This document shows, in pieces, positions 12,486 through 24,393 of a stretch of DNA of 64,000 bases. Within the stretch, counting starts at the first letter, position 1; the number at the start of each line of letters is the position of its first letter. A program made the translations under genes and the position numbers. Under the pieces are notes generated by a model. It was given only the letters and a program-made list of their open reading frames with translations. It was not told the origin of the DNA and made no database searches. This DNA comes from Octopus sinensis (Eukaryota): contig NC_042997.1 of the NCBI RefSeq assembly GCF_006345805.1, positions 52,824,001 through 52,888,000 of the forward strand, in the 5' to 3' direction.

Positions 12486-13246
12486 ATAATTCAGAGCGGC
12501 CAGGGACGTGAATTCGGATAATGAAGACTAATGAAGGCATACTCAATATCGATATATCGATACCTATATCTATCTATATGTAGGTATATGTGTATAAATA
12601 TATATATGCATGTATGCATTATGCATAGTATGCATCTATGTATACATGTACATGATGTACGTATGTAAGTATGTATGCATATATTTATGTAAATATATAT
12701 ATTTATATGTGTGTATATATATATGTATATATATATATAAGTATAATTATTATCTATTTATTTATATATATATATGTATGTATGTATGTATGTATATCTA
12801 TCTACCTATTTATCTATACATACATAAATACATACGTATATGTGTGTGTGCGTGTGTGTACACACACAGACATATACATACATTTAAGATGAAGAGACTA
12901 CACTGGGAAAACAATTGGTTATGTTATGAACTTGATTAGCTTACATCTATTCCTGCTATAAGATGCAGTGAACTCGTAGTTGAATGCCTGAATAACATCC
13001 TGTAACTTCATCAGAGCCTCGAATACGAAGTTCAATTTATTTGTGGAAAAAAGAAATAATTACATTTGTGCAATATATAGAGATGGCATTACCAGTGAGA
13101 AAATCATTACTGGTGCATATAAAAAATGTATGTCCAACAAGCCAATTAGATTTACTAGTAGAAACAGTAGAAAAAATATCAGAAAAAGAATGTATGTATA
13201 AATATATACACGTGCACCAGATTATTAGTCTCGCGATGCCTAATCG

Positions 13247-13371
<125 letters not shown>

Positions 13372-13656
13372 ATACGCGCACGCATATGACAGTCCTGTGA
13401 ATGACTTTAAACTGTATCCAGTAGTGGAGGTGTGTTTCGGGACTTCCAAGGATTTGAGGAGAATGGAACTACCTCTCAGCCGCTATTGTTCCCTTGTCTA
13501 CTAGGACTCGGAGTAGTAATACTTGTTAGGATTCCAGCTACAAGTTAGCTAGCATATATAATAACATATCATCTGAGCGCGAGGACGTAGGGGTACTCTT
13601 GATAGGTGTCAGGGGACTCGGTAAAACCACTGGGAGTAAGGGGACCTTGGCTCTTG

Positions 13657-13832
13657 TCTACCTCCACTTCATGAAGGTCCTTCAGATGTTTTGGCAAGGC
13701 GTTAAACAGCTGCGGGCCCTTGAATCCCAAGCAGTACATGAGTCCTAAATACATATATGCACCTTTATACATACATATATATGGAGATAAGGTTAGACAA
13801 TTGTCGTGTTGATAAAGGGTCCTGAAACAGAA
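13657..13832 (-). mobile_element. CR1-like LINE 3' fragment, paralogue of 11108-11280
   Basis: CLGFKGPQLFNALPKHLKDLHEVEVD. Shares its non-LINE 5' flank with the 11.1-kb copy. Confidence 0.75.
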
Positions 13833-14094
13833 ACTCTAGGAGAGGGACGTTCTGATGTAAAACCTGCGGTTTCAGATGATTACTGGTTATCTTACTTCGG
13901 TCTGTCACTAGACACTAATCATGGAGACTCAAAAAGTGGAACTGGAGTTGTACAAGCGTTTATCACTCTAACCTAATGATATAGGGATGCATCTATATAG
14001 TGACCTCATTTGTCATTCCTTCTACTGAAAGTCCTAAAGCGATGGAAGAGTGACGACGCATGCAGACCTAACCAGTTGGAAGCTCACAGTAAGT

Positions 14095-14240
14095 TGCAAC
14101 TGTCACCAGTCACGTATGCTTCAAATCATGCTGATTTGCAACAGGACTGAATAATCATTTGAGAAGTCATGGATGGAAAGTCAGAAATGCTATTGATAAC
14201 GAAGAAGCCCGAGGAGACGGCAACCATCTGTGAAGATGGA
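14095..14240 (+). mobile_element. RTE-like LINE 3' end fragment
   Basis: Reads HVCFKSC*FATGLNNHLRSHG, resembling the RTE C-terminal C..C...GL.SH.RSH motif, followed by a short 3' UTR. Confidence 0.42.
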
Positions 14241-14287
14241 GCAAACATCATATACATATGTGTTTTGCAAAAAAAAACACCATATAC

Positions 14288-14506
<219 letters not shown>

Positions 14507-16160
14507 ACATGAACATGAATGTATAGCAAAATATTGTAATAGTAATAATATATGTAACCTGCAACATAAAATTTAGAGAAAAATTACAAAAATACTCTTG
14601 AAGATGTTTGTGTGCTTGTGTATGAAAAAAAAAAGAAAACACATAAAGAATAATTTAACAGGGTTATGGCCGATAGTTGAAGATTACAGAGCTTTGACCT
14701 TATCAATAAAAGAGGCGTGGAATATTATAAAAATGGAATTACAGACAGACCATATTAATGGTAGATATGTTTCATAAGAGTAAATTGCAAGGAAACAAAT
14801 GCTATAGATTATGACTCAATTAAATAGTCATTAGTAGTCCCAAGAGGAGTTAGACGCGTACCTAATGATAAAACCTCTGAATGGACTTCACATTGTGATT
14901 GCATTTTCCTTATTACCATCTATCCATTTATCAATTCCTCCGTTTCTATTTCGTTTTTATCTATTGTATTTTGCCATACAAATTTATAAGCTAGTGATAA
15001 GAAAATCTCAGAAGATCAATTTAGATAATATAATGTGTGTGCTGATGGAATTGTCAGAATTCTTTTGAATATATTTTATTTTATGTAGCATAGTTTTAGG
15101 GGTGATAAATTCGCTTCGCTATAGAAAACGTATAACATTTGTTAAATGATATTTTGAAGACTGATTGCAACTCAGTTTCAATGAATTAATGATATTTCAC
15201 CTTGAGACTGCCAACAAAAACACCAATACCAAGAGTCTATATGTATGTGATTTAATTTTAAATGAAAATTAGGTCAAATTCAAACATATATCTAGTTAAT
15301 ACGAATATTGAATCTAATAATTTCTTGAAAAAAAATATCGTTGCTTTGCTGACTAATCTCATGTGTGCGATCTTTTTCTTTCTTTTTTTTGTGCAATCTT
15401 GTAAATATTTCTTGCTGCACAACAACATATATACACACACAACCCCGCCCCCACCAAAAAACAAAACTACAACAAAACAAAACAAAACATTTGGAGTCAT
15501 AAAATGAAAAAAAATCTTCATGCGTACGGGTTTTGTTCCAGCTGAGCGGTCAATGTTATTGACAGCATTTACATTGTCTATGTTAATTGATATAAGCTTC
15601 GTGACCTGTGAATGATATTCATCATTGACCGTCGGAAAAAAAAAGAAGAAAGAAAAAAAAAGCATTTTCGATTGTGGAACATGACTCAGTGATTGGAAGC
15701 CTAAATGTTATTACAGAGTTGCTCTATCTCTTTTAGGTCTTTTAGTTAAGAGTAAGAAAGGTTTTTCTGCAACAAAAATCTTTACTGAAAAATGAATTAG
15801 TCAGAAACAAATATCAACAATTTATCTCTGAGATTAATATAGTTGTTAAACTGTGTTATTTATGGTATGGTTCCAGAGGAATAATTGTTGCATTAGAAAG
15901 AACAAGCAAATATCCAGATTCATTAACAACATCATCTCCATGAACTAATACAGTTATACCAGTTTCGTCTAGGCGGTCGGGTATGATGGGAAATTTAATT
16001 ATGACACCTTCATTTCGCCTTTCTTCTTCTTCTCTCGCTTTTCTTTTCATTTTTTTTTTTTTTTGTCGAAATGCTGCACTGCTGTCCTTAATTCGCTCCA
16101 TCTCAAATTATATCAGGGATATCGTAAATTTATATGAATAAAACCAAATAGAGTATAGAC

Positions 16161-16545
16161 AGTGGAGGCGCAATGGCCCAGTGGTTAGGGCAGTGGACTC
16201 GCGGTCATAGGATCGCGGTTTCGATTCCCAGACCGGGCGTTGTGAGTGTTTATTGAGCGAAAACACCTAAAGCTCCACGAGGCTCCGGCAGGGGATGGTG
16301 GTGATCCCTGCTGTACTCTTTCACCATAACTTTCTCTTACTTCCTGTTTCTGTTGTACCTGTATTTCAAGGGGCCGGCCTTGTCACTCTCTGTGTCACGC
16401 TGAATATCCCCGAGAACTACGTTAAGGGTACACGTGTCTGTGGAGTGCTCAGCCACTTACACGTTAATTTCACGAGCAGGCTGTTCCGTTGATTCGGATC
16501 AACCGGAACCCTCATCGTCGTAACCACGGAGTGCTTCCAAAAAAA
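16161..16545 (+). mobile_element. Full-length tRNA-SINE family C with 11-bp TSD
   Basis: A-box tggcccagtgg, B-box gtttcgattcc, short A tail, TSD agagtatagac at 16150-16160 and 16546-16556. Confidence 0.92.
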
Positions 16546-16789
16546 AGAGTATAGACTAACCTAAAAAAATAATCAACTTTCTGAATATTATCGACACACT
16601 GTCTTATCCAGTAGCACACAATATTACCGTCTTAACAATATTATACTGTATATTATACAATTTTAACACAATACAAGTTTAGTGATGATAAATTTTAAAT
16701 TTTAAGTAAATTTTAATAACTACTATACATTATTAAAGTCTGATATTTATACTGCATTTTTATTATTACCTTTCTACTCTAGGCAAAAA

Positions 16790-17180
16790 GCCCGAATTTT
16801 TTTTTTTTTTTTTGGTGGTGGTGGCGGTGGTGAGGCAGTCGATTAGATCGATGCCAGTACGCAACTGGAACTTAATTTATCGACCCTGAAAGGATGAAAG
16901 GCAAAGTAGACCTCGGTGGAATTTGAACTCAGAACAGACGAAATACCTATTTCTTTACTACCCACAAGGGGCTAAACACAGAGGGGACAAACAAGGACAG
17001 GCAAACGGATTAAGTCGATTACATCGATCCTAGTGCATAACTGGTACTTAATTTATCGACCCCGAGAGGATGAAAGGCAAAGACGACCTCGGCGGAATTT
17101 GAAATCAAAACGTAACGGCAGACGAAATACTGCCATGCATTTCGCCCGGTGTGCTAACGTCTTTGCCAGCTCGCCGCCTT
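16790..17180 (-). mobile_element. Composite of two family B SINE monomers
   Basis: A full monomer with Tx1-type tail (17180-16948) is joined to a second monomer that starts at ggtatttcg (16947) and has a different tail. Confidence 0.85.
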
Positions 17181-18461
17181 AACCTTTTACAGTAATACTG
17201 GACGGTCGGGTCTAGTGAGAAATTTACTTATAGCACCTTCATTTCGACTTTCTTCTTCTTCTTCTTCTTCTTCTCTTTTTTTTTTTTCGAAATGCTGCCC
17301 GCTGCCCTTAATTCGCTTCCTCTCTAATTATATCAGTGATATCGTAAATTTATATGAATAAAACGAAGTAGAATATAGACCAACCTAAAAATAATCAACT
17401 TTCTGAATATCATCGATACACTGTCTTATACAGTGACACATAATTTTACTGTATTAACAATATTATAGTGTATGTTACACAATATCAACACACAATAAAA
17501 GTTTACTAATGATAAATTAAAAGTTTAAGGAAATTTTAATAACTACTATAGATTATTAAAGTCTAAAATATTTATTCTGCATTTTTATTAATGATATATT
17601 AATACAAATAAATTGTGCAGCCCGGAGCGGACCGCCCTCCCCGCCTCTTTGGCACGCCACTGATTTGAACTAGGAGGCAACCATCCAAAGGGCAATATTT
17701 CTCCCAGTATTAACAACCATTGCACTTTCCTTATACTTTTTACATGGCATATAAATAAAATACTATGTGGATACAGTAAGTGGGTGTATATGACTATGTG
17801 TTCAACTAATTTATTAGTGGAACACATGTTTAAAACCTGATTTCAAGATGAAACACTGAAGCGTTAGTTCTCTTCATAAACTTTAGACATTTGAAACGCG
17901 AATCTGTAGACTTGTACATTACACTGGTCATAAATATAAAACTGATTATTCGTATATATAAGAGAAAACATTACCGCTAAGTCTTCAACTGAATTACGCG
18001 ACCAAAACGTGTAAAACAGTTTTTTATTTTATTTCTAACAGTTCGCTTATTATGCAGAGTGCAGGTAGATTTTCCATTCAGTTTTATGATTCTTTTGCTT
18101 TTTATTTCATTTTTCATAATACTGTGTGATGTTGTTTCGCATCTGTACTTAATCTTAATGTTACTTCTCGAACACGTTCAAAAACTAGTGTTTTGTCTTT
18201 ACTCGCCTTTTTCTACGTTTGTCTTCCAACTCAAATGCATTCAAATTTAAAGTAATATTATTAAATTAGATTCTATAATTTTTCTTTTTCTTTCACGGCA
18301 CCACAGTTTTTCAACTTCTATCATCTCTCGTCCAATATATTTCCCTTCTCATTTTCTTCAGATATTGCAGGATATACATGATTTTTTTCCTGTTAACTCT
18401 TTAAAGTGCTACATTTGTCAAGTCTTCGTTCATTTTATTCTTTCTGCCCACAACACCAATA

Positions 18462-18947
18462 TTGTTTTCAAATTTTAGCACAAGATCAGCAATTTCGGGG
18501 GAGGAGTAAGTCGATTACATCGACCCCAGTGTTTCAGCTGATTCTTATTTTATCGACCCCGAAAGAATGAAAGGCAACGTCGACTTCGGCGGAATTTGAA
18601 CTCAGAATGTGAAGACGGGCGAAATACCTATTTCTTTATTACTCACAAGGGGTTAAACATACCTACTTCTTTATTACCCACAAGGGGTTAAACATAGAGG
18701 GGACATAGGTATTAAGTCGATTACATCGTCCCCAGTGTTTCAGCTGATTCTTATTTTATCGACCCCGAAAGGATGAAAGGCTACGTCGGCTTCAGCGGAA
18801 TTTGAACTCAGAATGTAAAGACGGACGAAATACCGCTAAAGATTTTGTCCGGTATGCTTATGATTCTGCCAGTTGGTTGCCTCAAACAACAATAATATTG
18901 ATTTCAAATTTTGGCTGAAGGCGGCGATTCTGCCAGTTCGCCGCCTT
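18462..18947 (-). mobile_element. Composite family B SINE: 122-bp body duplicated around an 84-bp Tx1-type tail insert
   Basis: 18507-18628 and 18713-18834 differ at 7 of 122 positions. The insert 18629-18712 holds a longer (18664-18712) and a shorter (18629-18663) copy of the tail. Confidence 0.85.
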
Positions 18948-19420
18948 AAACACAATACCAATATCGAAAAGGAAGTATAACTTGCTGGAATTAAAATGCT
19001 GCCAGCTGGAATGCTGCTCTTAGCAACCAAAAGAGGTCATTCAGCCACCAGACTGACAACCTTATGAAAATAAAACTAGCAAAACTCTAAAATCGAGCAT
19101 GAAAAAGGCATTCAGCAAAACTTACCCATTTTTATTTTTAATCTTTTATTTGTTTCAGTTAATGGACTACAACCATATTATATTTCTTTATTACCCATAA
19201 GGGTTTACATAGATGGGGACATTCAATGATTTGGGGTCATGTGGATGAAATGGAGCTATTTACAGTGAAATCGAATGGATTATTTACAATGAAAATGAAA
19301 ATGAAATTGAACAAGAACAAACAAACAAAAAGGGACCTATGAAGTCAAAAGAACAGCATAGCCGACCCCACGAGCCCTGTTATTTTAACTGAAACTTTTT
19401 GGTAAGGGATCACGGCGTGT

Positions 19421-22400
19421 TCATGCAAGGCCTTTCACACCTAGCATCCGTGCAACACGCATCCATCTTTTTTTGAATACAGACTCTGACAGACACATTT
19501 TCTCTAGCCCCACCTTCCTTTTCAGATGGAACTTGAAAAAGTTCGTTAGGGCGGTGCCAGAGATCATGGTGTCTGACAATATACCTTTCACTCTAGTCTT
19601 CCATATAACTCCTTTCGCAACTGCTACTATCACGAGAAAGCAATGCTTACCTTCGTTCGTCATGAAACCAGGCGGGTCAATTTTTAAGATTTACTCAGAC
19701 GACAGCTGTACTCTTCTTCCGCCCGACAACAGGTGTTCGGCATAAACTCACTCGTCCGAAATATCCGGACTGAACAATAGCGTGCAGGACTGTTTCCACA
19801 TCTCGCCCGCATCTTGGACAGACCGATGGTCCACTGTGACCATGCCTTGTGAGTTTATCTCGAACGGGTAAGGCTCCTCTGTAACATTGCCAGGCCAAGG
19901 ACTTCTGAAAATTATCCAGTGTCCCTGGTCCGAATGTCCTTTGGAACAGGCTGTCTAACTGATTACCATCGAGACCCAGGGTCCTTCCCAAGGTATCGTC
20001 ATTTCCGGCCTCTACCAACCTGCTATAGAACTCTGCGGTGGTACCAAAGCCGCCGGCATTGCTCGAGCTGCGGAAGCGTAAGAGAACCTTACGGCACTCC
20101 GAATACCACATACTCAATCTTAGTCTGCGACGAAACCAGGTTTTTCTACCACCAAAACTGGCAAAACTGGGGAACATCTGTTTTGCGAGTGGGGACCACA
20201 CCCGTTCACCTTCCAGGTAGAGCCAAAGATGCCTCAACCTCAGCGCATGTCTGCGCATTAACAGCCAAGGCATCCCTAACCCACCCTTTAACGGCTTTTG
20301 ACAGCAAATAGATCGTCTCACAAGAGGAGTGGAACCCTTCCACAAAAAGCGAAAGATTTGCCTCTCCATCTTGCTCAACCACGAATCCGGACAAGGGACG
20401 ACGGTTAGGCGGTATATGATGACCGATGCCATGAACACATTGGCCACCTCTGCCCTCCCTTTCAAGGATAGCCACCGCCAAGACCAAGTCTTGACCACGT
20501 GAGCCACCTTGCTCGCGACCTCAGACCAGTTCTTTTCTATCGGGAGACCTGGACCAAACCAGATCCCTAGCAATTTAACCGGGCCCTCCGTCCAGTATCC
20601 CACGATGCTATTCGAAGGCATCGACTTGCCAACCCAGGTGCCGAGTTGCAAGCCGACTGTCTTTTCCCGGTTGATTTTTGCTCCTGACACCGTCTCGTAC
20701 TCCTTGATGGTATCTCCAACATTCTGTAGGAGTTCCACCTTGGTCACGATGATGGTGATGTCGTCCGCATACGCTATTACAGATCCTCCTCCTGGATTCG
20801 TCGGGATGACGCTCAGCTTTCGCAGTAATGGCTCGAGAGCCATCACATATAAAAGCGGAGAGAGCGGACACCCTTGACGAACTGACCGTTTGATGCGGAA
20901 CGGCCTAGACAGTAGACCGTTCACCCGAACGATCGAGTCGTTGTTGTCGTACAACTGTATAATCCACCTGAGGAAACCAGTACCCAGCCCGAACTGTGCG
21001 AGTACAGACACCAAGTAACGATGGTTCACCCTATCGAAAGCTTTACTCTGGTCTAAATGGACCAGTGCCCCACCCTTGCCAGAGTTATTCCCAAACCCTT
21101 TTACGGTGTAACGTATAAGGTGAAGATTATCCTGAATAGTTCTTCTGGGGACTGCAAAAGTTTGTGCCTCCCCGATCAGACCATCTGCGACACGCGTCAA
21201 CCTTTTCGCTAACACCTTGGCCAAAATCTTCACCTCCGCGTTCAGCAGGGTGATGGGCCTAAAGTTATCTATTCTGTTTCCCTTGTCCAGGTCCTACCTG
21301 ATCAGTGTCACCACTCCCCGGCGTACAGACCTAAGAATCCTCCCATTCTGATACTAGTTTGCGAAAACGCTGGCCAGTATTGGCCCGAACAAGTCTGGCA
21401 TACTTTTATATAGTTCGTAGGGTAAACCATCGAGTCCCGGCGCCTCACCTCTGCCACAGTCGGCTATGGCCTCAGTCACCTCCTCAGGCGTGTTTGACCC
21501 TTCACAGCTCTCCGCATCCCGCCCCGAGAGGCGCGGCAGCCCGGCGAGGAAGCCCGTAAGGTCCACCCTCTCATCCGGTCCTCCTTCAACCCCGAAAAGC
21601 TAGGCGAAGTGCTCCTGAAAAGTCCGACACATCTCCTCGGGTTCGTTTACCACATTGCCCTTCTCGTTCGTCACAGACTTAATTGTGGAATCGTTTTCGT
21701 GTTGAGTCTCCACAACTCGTGCCCATCCGGCGGCCTTAATTCCCTCGCACCCCATTGCGCGAACTCTAGCTCTGACGATACAACCCATATGCTTGGTTTC
21801 GAGGTGCTGGTTTAATTCCAGTCTCTTCACCTTCACCTGGGTCCCGTCACCAGATCTTATGGCTTCCTCTAAAGCCTTAACTAGCCCATCTTCTTTCTTA
21901 CACCTTTTATTCGCTAGTCCTATACTATATCTAATGGACTCGTATTTTATGGCTCTCTTGAGCGCTAACTACCATTTGTTGTTAAGAATGGAACCGGTTA
22001 ACGCCCTCTGAATTAGTAACCTAATCCGGCTTCTGTACTCCTCAATCGCCAAAAGGGACTTATTGAGTTTCCAGTAACCGGATCCTTTTCTACATAACTT
22101 ATCTAGGTACAGCTTACCAGTGACCGTCTTGTGGTCACTGTAACTGACCAAGTGAAACTGTGGACACTTAACTATGCCTTTGTCTAGTTCTCTAATAAAA
22201 ATCCTGTCTATGTAAGATTTGGAAGACCCGTCGCTATTTGACCACGTCCACAGTGGAGCGTCCGGGAATTCCAGTCTGTAAGGATCTACTAGCTGAAAGC
22301 GACTCAGTAGATCTCGGAAGCCACAGTTAGGTTTCCTATCATCTTTGGAGCCAACACTATCGACACGCGCATTGACAATAGTGTTAAAGTCCCCTAGCAT

Positions 22401-22801
22401 CACTATGGATTTTGACGTCCCTAGAAATTTCTCCAGGTCCCGAAAGTAATCAGTCTGATGTGATTGAGATGCGTACACCGCGACCAGCCTGATCTTACCA
22501 CAACTGAAAGTCAGATCTAAGATGACCAGCCTACCCTCTGGGTCAACAAAAATTAACTTTTTCTCTGAGACTCTATTCCTTTTAAGTAGGACCAACACCT
22601 CACTTCTGCCCCCACCTGCCGATATGGAGAAATAAATTTCTCGTAGCCATCCAGGAGCGGGAGTAGATCTCTTGGCCCTTTCAACCGAGTTTCAGTAGCT
22701 ACAACATCTAAATCGTGTGACCTGATGTCATTTAGGAAACACCCCTGTTTCCAGTTCGTCATCAGGCCACGCACATTTAAACACCCTACTTGAACAGCCA
22801 T
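19421..22801 (-). pseudogene. ORF2 (APE endonuclease + RT + zf-RVT) broken by several frameshifts
   Basis: LNVRGL, ETRL, LGDFN, YIDRIF, SDH (APE); PGLDGLPYELY; LDQSKAFDRV, VRQGCPLSPLLY, AYADD (RT); CPRCGRDVETVLH; C-terminal block at 19421-19663. Confidence 0.93.
19695..21233 (-). CDS. Uninterrupted 512-aa reading frame covering the RT domain and zf-RVT (part of the broken ORF2, probably not translated)
   Basis: From the ORF track; all RT motifs including YADD are intact. Confidence 0.6.
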   Translation of the reverse strand: MKILAKVLAKRLTRVADGLIGEAQTFAVPRRTIQDNLHLIRYTVKGFGNNSGKGGALVHLDQSKAFDRVNHRYLVSVLAQFGLGTGFLRWIIQLYDNNDSIVRVNGLLSRPFRIKRSVRQGCPLSPLLYVMALEPLLRKLSVIPTNPGGGSVIAYADDITIIVTKVELLQNVGDTIKEYETVSGAKINREKTVGLQLGTWVGKSMPSNSIVGYWTEGPVKLLGIWFGPGLPIEKNWSEVASKVAHVVKTWSWRWLSLKGRAEVANVFMASVIIYRLTVVPCPDSWLSKMERQIFRFLWKGSTPLVRRSICCQKPLKGGLGMPWLLMRRHALRLRHLWLYLEGERVWSPLAKQMFPSFASFGGRKTWFRRRLRLSMWYSECRKVLLRFRSSSNAGGFGTTAEFYSRLVEAGNDDTLGRTLGLDGNQLDSLFQRTFGPGTLDNFQKSLAWQCYRGALPVRDKLTRHGHSGPSVCPRCGRDVETVLHAIVQSGYFGRVSLCRTPVVGRKKSTAVV

Positions 22802-23194
22802 AAATCACTTACTTTGTTTCTTCTGAGTCCGGGGGGGGGGGCGAGGGAGAACCGCCTCTTCTTCGTCTGGGGCCCGTGGAGTCGGCTGGATCAGGCCCTC
22901 GTACAGACGGTTCGAAACCTCCATCCGCAGAAGGGCCTACAACCATATTAGGACTACAACCATATTAGAGCATCACTTTGAGTAGGGTATACTCGAACAG
23001 ATCGAGCTCAGTGTTTTTTCTTAAAGTCTTGTATATTTCTATAAGTCCCTTTTGCCAAACTGCTAAGCAATACCCGTTGTCAAGCAGTAGGCGAACAGAA
23101 TGAAAACACACTCTCTTTCTCACACATACACAAACACACACACACACATACACACACACACACGCATGCATGCACATACACACACATGTGCTAG

Positions 23195-23239
<45 letters not shown>

Positions 23240-23289
23240 CACGAGCAAAACACCACCCCGTCCAATGGACCATGCTGAGAACTTTTAAA

Positions 23290-23725
23290 CCAAATTTTCT
23301 CAAAACAACTTGTCCGGGTGTGTTTTTCTCTCTCTCTCTCGTCTATCTTTTCTCTTTTCAAAAAAAAAGTTTTTCCCAGTGTTCACTATTTTCCTCTTGT
23401 TCCAGTCTAATGCCCCCTGTTTATTTTCGTTCGGTTTCCTTGTATGTCTCCACTATCATTTTTTTGTTCTCAACTTTGACCCCCCATAAATCTAAAATTT
23501 TATTTTAGAATTTATAGGAGCAACTGTCTTTGGAGACTCATATTGTCGTTGAATGCTCGAAATGAGGAGTAGATAGACAGCCGACAACTGATGAAGGGTT
23601 ATTTCTCTGTGTTAACTTGTCCTGTTTGCGATTTTTTCGTTGTTTACGTATTTCACTAGTTTTACCCTCGTCTGGTTACGCATTTCGTGTTATTTGCACC
23701 TTGGTGACGTCCTGTTCCCATATAT
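23290..23725 (+). mobile_element. Penelope-like pseudo-LTR remnant
   Basis: T-rich body, degenerate hammerhead-like segment (ctgtctttggaga...gctcgaaa...agacag) and acaactgatgaaggg. Assignment inferred. Confidence 0.4.
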
Positions 23726-23754
23726 ATATATATTATATATATATATATATATAT

Positions 23755-23905
23755 AAAATGAGCTTCTTTTAGTTTCCGTCTACTAAATCTCCTTGCATAG
23801 CTTTGGTTGGATCAGGGTTATAGTACGAAACAAATGCCCAAGGTGCCACGCAACGAGACTGAACCCGAAACCATGTAACTGGACAGCACATTTCTTACCA
23901 CACAG
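23755..23905 (-). mobile_element. Family A SINE 5' half (diverged)
   Basis: gtttccgtctactaaatc...gcccaaggtgccacgcaacgagactgaacc...ttaccacacag. Confidence 0.7.
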
Positions 23906-24393
23906 ATATATGAATTATTTTTATTTAGTTTTAATATCTACTGAAAATCATCAAGTTCAATCTCTTAAAGTAATCAGTGTGAACATTGAAATGCACAACT
24001 TATTTCATGGTTATCACTGTGGACGTTTCAATAGAAAGCGAAAGCAATAATCTTCAGATCATGTAAGATTTACCTTGAACATAGGATTAAATGAAAACAT
24101 AGTTTGTACTGAAGGATTAATCAACGATTTAGTATTTTGTTTTGTCTGACAACCTCAGATTTTACACATGTTTTGTTGTTGTTGTAACCACAAAATTACT
24201 CGTATTCGGAAAATGATCAATTTCTAGAGTGAGAGGTAGACGAGAATGTAATCACTGTTGCAATTTAAGTTAGTTACAATCCAGAAATCGAGCCTGTGGC
24301 GTGATTTTTATTGTTGAAGTATATACGCCCGTAAACAAATGTTCATTGTAGATGATGACATTATACGCTAGCATACACGCACAAGCATCTATA

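Larger units (their letters stand above)
15960..17590. repeat. Local duplication of a ~430-bp unit (15960-16770, SINE-interrupted; 17185-17590)
   Basis: Shared ggcggtcggg...caccttcatttcg...cgaaatgctgc...gatatcgtaaatttatatgaataaaac...ttttaataactactata...ttattaaagtct. Confidence 0.85.
19181..22933 (-). mobile_element. L1/Tx1-clade non-LTR retrotransposon, 5'-truncated within ORF1, 17-bp TSD
   Basis: TSD ggactacaaccatatta at 19164-19180 and 22951-22967. The ORF1 tail ends just before the ORF2 ATG (22801). 3' UTR ends ...gggtaataaagaaata. Confidence 0.95.
19145..23100 (-). mobile_element. Old family A SINE 3' half acting as the target of the Tx1 insertion
   Basis: ttttatttgtttcagttaatggactacaaccatatta (19145-19180) continues after the LINE as ggactacaaccatattagagcatcac...gaacagatcga (22951 onward). 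Confidence 0.65.

Noticed and set aside
15856-16101. 81-aa minus-strand ORF (…ETGITVLVHGDDVVNESGYLLVL…) as a host exon
   Set aside because: The 5' half comes from a low-complexity T/CT tract in the duplicated unit; no recognisable domain or convincing splice sites.
16161-16240. tRNA genes at SINE heads (also 4672, 38063, 52523, 56705)
   Set aside because: A/B boxes are present but there is no full cloverleaf, and each continues into a SINE body and tail.
19421-22801. Currently active autonomous LINE or transposase
   Set aside because: ORF2 has several frameshifts and ORF1 is truncated; all Tc1/mariner copies contain stops, frameshifts or deletions.
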